Shown: in pieces, positions 58,300-64,000 of the stretch
How positions within the stretch are numbered: the stretch's first letter is position 1
Layout of the letters: each line of letters begins with the position of its first letter
From: Octopus sinensis
Lineage: Eukaryota
Length of the DNA: 64,000 bases
Direction of reading: 5' to 3'
Assembly (NCBI RefSeq): GCF_006345805.1
Contig: NC_043016.1
Location: 23,622,001 to 23,686,000 of the forward strand
Position numbers and translations under genes: made by a program
The notes under the pieces: model-generated
The model's input: the letters and a program-made list of their open reading frames with translations, nothing else
Told to the model about the DNA's origin: nothing
Database searches by the model: none

Positions 58300-61200
58300 A
58301 GCTATTACCCATACGATGCTAGCTTCAAAATCCTATTTTCTGATCAGATAAAAATTATAAAAAATTTTAAACCGTGGTAACATTTTTCTAAATTTTTCTT
58401 GAATAAACGAATTCCAAAAATCAGATTCAGCGTCAAAAAGTACATCTATATACCAAATTTAAAAACGTATCCCTGACAAATTTCATGAAAAATTATTTTT
58501 TTAAAGAACACTTTGTAGGGAGACAAAAAGTAGAGTGGGTGCAGCACATTTCGGATCTTTTCCAAGAGTAAACCATGATCTACGTGACACATTCAACTAG
58601 TATCCGAAGTTTCAAAGTGTTTAGTTTAACAAAATTAATTAAAAAGGCCCCACACTTCTGCAGTTTTGCTTATTTTAAATCTTTTCGTTAACATATTTCT
58701 GTTGAAATACGTCTTTGCTTTAAATTATTTTGAAAATAATGAAGAATTTAGTTAAAAAAGACTGTCATTATTTACTTACTGTTTGGAACAAATTAATATG
58801 AAATTTTAATGAAAGCTTTTTATTTAAATCTCTTAGAAACAAATAATTTGTATCATAGAACTAAGGACATTTTGGATGTGGGTGTTGATAGCACTGGTCA
58901 ATTAATAAATAATAGCAACAATTGCCCTCAAGCTTCTTTTATAAAGGTGGAAGTTGATAGCAGTCATTGTAACTGAAATATTTTTTCCTGTTTCGTGGCT
59001 TTTTTTTTTTCTTATCGTTTTCTTTTTCTGTTACAAATCTGTGAACGCTCTAAAAAAATTATATTAAAAGAAACAATAAAATATTGTCCTGCAAGATTTT
59101 CAAATGAACTGTTTTATTTTTATTTTTATCCAACTGTTTTTTAAGGTTCTCCTAGTTAAAAAAATGATCCCCGTTTTCTTATGTAACCTCAGACAGAACG
59201 AGCGAGTTTTCTGCCTTCTTTAGATATTACAGATTTTTCTGCCTAAAGTGGTAGTTTTGCATGGAACATTGTCTGCTTGGTTACATAAGCGTGACCCCAG
59301 CATATTTCCTCCTATAACTTTCTTTAAAATACATATATTTTTTTAATGAAATTTTCCAGAGATACATTTTAGATAGTGCACTTTACGATTATATGACGTG
59401 GGGATAATAAAAACTAGATTTTTGTTTTGGATGCTCATTCATCTCCCTTAGAGGACTCCATAAATGCATATATTTTAGTGAAATTTTACAGTGATACGTT
59501 TTCGATGGTCTAGATTACGATTATCGTGATAAAATTTGGAAGAAAAGTCTCTAGGGTGAGTTTCGGATTATTACCATCTTCTGGAAAGGAAAACGCGATT
59601 AACACGCAGTTTACAGCCTTTGGTTAGTAAACTGTAAGTTAGCCATATACAATATATACAATATATTGGGTTGTATGAAAAGACCAGCCTGAACATAGGA
59701 CCATAAATTGAAGTATATCACAGGCAAAATGCTTAGCGGTATCTGTTCTTGTTCTTTACGTGTTGAGTTCGAATCGTACCGTGGTCAAAGTTGCCTCTCA
59801 TCCTTTCGGGTCGATGAATTAAGTACCGATTGAATATAGGGTCGATGTAATCGATTAATTTTCTTCCTCAAATTTCAGGCTTCTGCCTGTTAGGAAGAAC
59901 TTTTATTACACAGATTATTGCTTTCATCTCTAAACGCTTTTGTTTACTGAAGCTAGCATTGTTATAAGTAAGACACCTCTCGTTTGAAAACAAAATGTAA
60001 ATAATATCTAAAAGTATGCAAAGGTACTTAAAGTAAAAAGTTGGTTATCTGATGAAATGAAACGAGAGGCAGGAAATTGCAATTTTTCGAAATTAACTTC
60101 ACTTATAATTGTCATTACATCTTATAATATTTAACATATGCATTTCAAAGAGTAGAGTTGGAAAACCATAGGCGATAGTGGAGGAGATCGGAAACCTCGC
60201 GGTATATCTTATCTTTCTTTAGTCTAACGTTGGTATCCCATATTATTTTGTTCTCGTGGCACCAAAGGACATTATAGGTAACATTGAAATTTTTTGGGGA
60301 AAATATCGTTACATCGACAGACAAGTCCACTTAGGATTGGGTACACTTTGCAAACGTTTACTTGAAAGCATTTAACAATAATAAAACTGTTTAATAAAAC
60401 CGAATTGTAGATAGTAATTTAATTGTAGATATTTAAGAAAAGTGACTTGATTTAAAATTTTATGCTACAGCAAATTGCATTAAAGTTTTATTTATATAGG
60501 TTATATTGATTTCCATTATCAACAAGTACAGGCCTCAGAATTGGTGAAGGGGTTTAAGTGATTAAATCACCCCAGTACGTGACAATCCTTATGCTATCCA
60601 CCCTGAGAAAGACGAATGCAAAGTCGAACTCAGCGGGATTTGTACTCAGAACATAGAGGTCAGCAACTAGAATTGACGGAAGAATTTTTACGAAATGATT
60701 ATGACGTAATAATACAGAAGTCAGCGGGAATTCACGAAGTGATTATGACGTAATAACACTAAGGTTTTTTGCGAATTCACTTCGGATTCGAATTCGTTTC
60801 GAGAAGGTTGTTCATACCGGTCTCTAGTTAATTACGAATCTGTGATATCTTTGTGTTTAATCGTCTGTCTGTTAAATATTTTGTACTTCGTCAGTTTATT
60901 GAGTCTGCCTATTTTTCAACCTTCGTTTTTTCATTCCGTGTTTTCGATAATGTTAGGTAATGTTGAGGACCCCCGGTTCGTCCACGTCCGCGAAAGCCCA
61001 TCGCGGACGACATCTGGTCAACGTTTTCTCTATTTTGAGGAAAGGTTGCGGGAGGCTCTTCCACCGGTGCACTAGGAAAAGGAATGCCGTTGCTCCCGAT
61101 CCTAGCTCTATAACAGGATCTCTCTATAATAGGGCTGCTTCACCTACTGTAGAAAGCATATCTAGAGTTAGGGTTGCCAGCTATTCATCTGTCTCAAATA

Positions 61201-61400
61201 GGAGTATTGTGGTTCCTTGTTCTTCTGCTTGGGTAGATGCTCAGCTGGGCAGGGGAAATCTGTCATCCTATTGTTCTCATAGGTTAGGTTTCCTTCTGTG
61301 CTGCTCTAGAAGAACTGTATCCATGTCTGCTCTAGACACGAATCACACTAGAGCTGGGGACATAGAGTTGGGTAGGGGTGATGCCGATCGTAGATATAGA
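58300..61400. promoter_or_regulatory. CpG-retaining region, putative (bidirectional) promoter
   Basis: CpG visibly much more frequent than in the flanks; two tandem gattatgacgtaataa motifs (60697-60712, 60741-60756); candidate start exons on both strands. Confidence 0.4.
59715..59905 (+). mobile_element. SINE B, diverged but CpG-rich
   Basis: gcaaaatgcttagcggtat...gagttcgaatcg...cctttcgggtcgatg. Confidence 0.75.
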
Positions 61401-62710
61401 TAGTAGGTAGATTGGGATAGTACATGTTGTACATAGCTAAGGAACCAAATATACATATCTAAAATGAGCAGCTCCACTTTCTATGATACCAACTTACATC
61501 CACATTACACACTACCTTTTAAAATGTAGGTTTAGCTGAGGCCCTTTCTAAAGGCAGTATTGACATTGAGTAGACATTCTTGGACAAGTGAAAATGAATT
61601 CATTCACCTGGTGACATCACTAGAACCAAATACAACAGAAAGCAAAGCAATGGAGAGCTGCCATGACATATACTCAACAGCCATTGACTTCTACCAACTG
61701 CAATGGAAGACAGGCATCAATGGAAGCTTGTTTTAATGAAACCCCACTAACATTGATCCCATGATCAGATGAAACTCCACGAGACTCAAACTATTGTGTT
61801 CAATGGAGATTTTAATGGCCTAACCGGAGATATTATAGGGTCCTCATTCTCAAAGAGGCCTGTTGAAGGTTGCTCCAGCAATTCATGTAAGTGTAATATA
61901 TATTTACACTGGTAGGATGATAAAAAGATGAGTGGAAGAAAGGCAGGGAAGGAGGAGAGATGAGATAAAAAGTATTGATAGCAAACAAAATGTGTGAAAA
62001 TGTAGATGAAGTAGTTCACTTGATACAAGGAGAGCCTTCAACTGGGGTCAATCAAGGAACCCCACAGATCCAGGATAAGCCTGACCACAAAAGGGCTAAG
62101 CCATTGGCCACCTGTTGTTTTCCAATCTGCAGGTGTATGCTTAGAGTACTATTCACCCTAATAACTTTTACCACAGTCACCAATTTTGAGAGATAAGCTG
62201 GAGGAGAGCACTTTCGTCTCCAGCCTCACTTTTCTTTCTCTGTGGAGCTTCTAAAAGGGAATGTGGCTCAGCCAAGGAGCAAGATATCTGTACTCAATCC
62301 TTTCAGCCCAATCCACCACAATAATAAAAACAAATAATGATACTAATAATAATGTTGATGATGATGATGATCTTCAAAATGTTTAAAAAAATTTTTTTGT
62401 TTCAGTGATTATGCTGCAGCCATTCTGGAGCACTGCCTTGACCATGGCACTTTTAACAGCCATGAACTTAACCAAATGAAAAGAAAGACAGACATCACAA
62501 TGACCTCATTATCAAAGAAGTTTGATGACAATGATGTTATCAAAGCTACCCAACAATTTCTGAAAGTGTCTAACAAATATTTGTACAATAAAAATATACA
62601 TATCAACATTCTTGTTTTTCTTTTGTTGTTTTTCTTGTTTCAATCATTGGGCTATAATATTGCTGGGTGAAGTGTTTAGTTGATTAAATTAACCACAATA
62701 AATATTTTAA

Positions 62711-62885
62711 CCCTTTAGCATTCAGTTGACTCGGTCAAGTATAAAGCTTTTTAATTCACATTGATTTGAATTAATCAAGCATTATCTTGTAGCTTTGAAA
62801 TTTCAAAGACATGAGTTTATTTTCAGAATTATATTGTTGGGTAGTGTGAGAGGTCAGTTTGAACATAGATAGAATTTTTTGTCCA
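62711..62885. mobile_element. piggyBac-type MITE left part
   Basis: TTAA-CCCTTTAGCATT terminus and body like 18344-18548. Confidence 0.7.
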
Positions 62886-64000
62886 GATTCATCTGTTTTG
62901 TATTTTTTTAATTCAAGCTGCTTAGTTAGAGAGATGTACAGAAACCAATACCAGCTGTTAAGCAGTGAGAGATAGGAGTGCATGCCTGCACACACATGCA
63001 CAAACATACAAATCCTCTCACTGAAGTAAATCCACAGGAAAATTTTTCCTCTTCTCCAAATTTTGTGGACTTCATTCTAAACTAAATGGAATTTCATAAC
63101 ATATGCAAAAAACAAAGATAGGAAAAGAGGAAAAAAAAAGATGATTAAGAAAAAATAATAGAAAAATAGAACGATTGTAAATAGTGTATATAAAAGTTCA
63201 AATGGTACTGCATGGGAGTGGGGCCAATGCAGCCATTTCATTTCTTTCTTTTTATATAACATCTCATTCGTATTAGTTTTATGTTTTATATCCCCGTTGT
63301 GGTGTTGTGTCTGTCCTTGTAGTGTCCCCCTCTGTGTTGTGGCCATAGGGCCAAATAAAGAAATAGGCCTCTACCCAACTAGTCAGAGCCTGCAAGTTTC
63401 AAGCCTACTATCCCTAGCAGCCTAAAAGTAGTAGGCTTCTGTGCTTCAATCATGACCCAACACAGACACCTAGGCAGTGACTGGAATTTCTCTTCTAAGT
63501 ATATCCCCTTATTTCTCCGTATAACTAAAACCAATGTCCATGTACAATAGCCATAGGTGTACTGAAGGTGTTCAAGTGAAAAGCATGATCTACAACATCT
63601 ATTAAAACATTCAGCACAACAAAGTGGGTAGTATTTATTTAACAATGCGACATTATTTCATACATATAATTACTTCATGCATGTCATTGTACAACTCTCA
63701 AGCTATCCTATTTTTTGAACTACAGTTAATCTCTTTGGTCCCTTGTCAGAAAAAAAAGTTCCTCCAACTACTACACAGAATCATTTTCTCTTCCAATTCA
63801 TAACAGACTTCAGTGAGCACTACCTCCACAGAAAGGGTCTCTGCCATCACTGCCCACTTGGCAAGCTTGATTTCTTTTATTTAGGCACATGGCCTTTATA
63901 AAGAGAAGACACCACAAGGACAGACAAAACAAGACATTGGAGGTACATATAAAACACATATCGAATGGACTACGACTATGATAAAAAATGAGGATGAAAT

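Noticed and set aside
59975-60070. Type III hammerhead (cctctcgttt ... ctgatga aat gaaacgagagg)
   Set aside because: Stem III pairs, but stem I does not form and stem II is absent
61351-61380. 2A/StopGo-like peptide (RAGDIELG) in the ORF at 60960-61403
   Set aside because: The essential NPGP is missing and the ORF has no recognisable homology
61790-61820. APE endonuclease motif (IVFNGDFNG)
   Set aside because: An isolated motif with no other APE signatures in frame; kept only as a weak hint that the region could be a decayed LINE

Overview
This is AT-rich, microsatellite-dense eukaryotic DNA made almost entirely of repeats. The SINE, RTE and Penelope families match ones I recall from Octopus genomes, so a coleoid cephalopod source is an inference. 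No intact protein-coding gene is visible, and the long ORFs in the track are trinucleotide or dinucleotide artefacts or decayed transposon ORFs. The window holds: (i) many copies of four SINE families, labelled A-D here (A-C have tRNA-like heads); (ii) at least 8 fragments of R4/Dong-clade non-LTR retrotransposons, mostly tied to (TAA)n tracts; (iii) 5'-truncated RTE LINEs with (GAT)n tails; (iv) two decayed Penelope-like element (PLE) ORFs plus several short PLE-derived pieces, most anchored on (TA)n; (v) four Tc1/mariner relics, plus piggyBac-, hAT- and Helitron-type non-autonomous elements; (vi) a 785-bp long-TIR element with an 8-bp TSD that carries a TTAGGG array; (vii) a CpG-retaining, possibly bidirectional promoter region at about 58.3-61.4 kb, with a few candidate small exons elsewhere. 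The most interesting signal is that three unrelated PLE-derived repeats each fold into a minimal type I hammerhead ribozyme with a palindromic stem III and an extra nucleotide after A9. One has a canonical core, one has A6->U in both copies, and one has a reciprocal G3-C8 swap of the catalytic C3-G8 tertiary pair. Coordinates of decayed repeats are approximate to about 10-20 bp.
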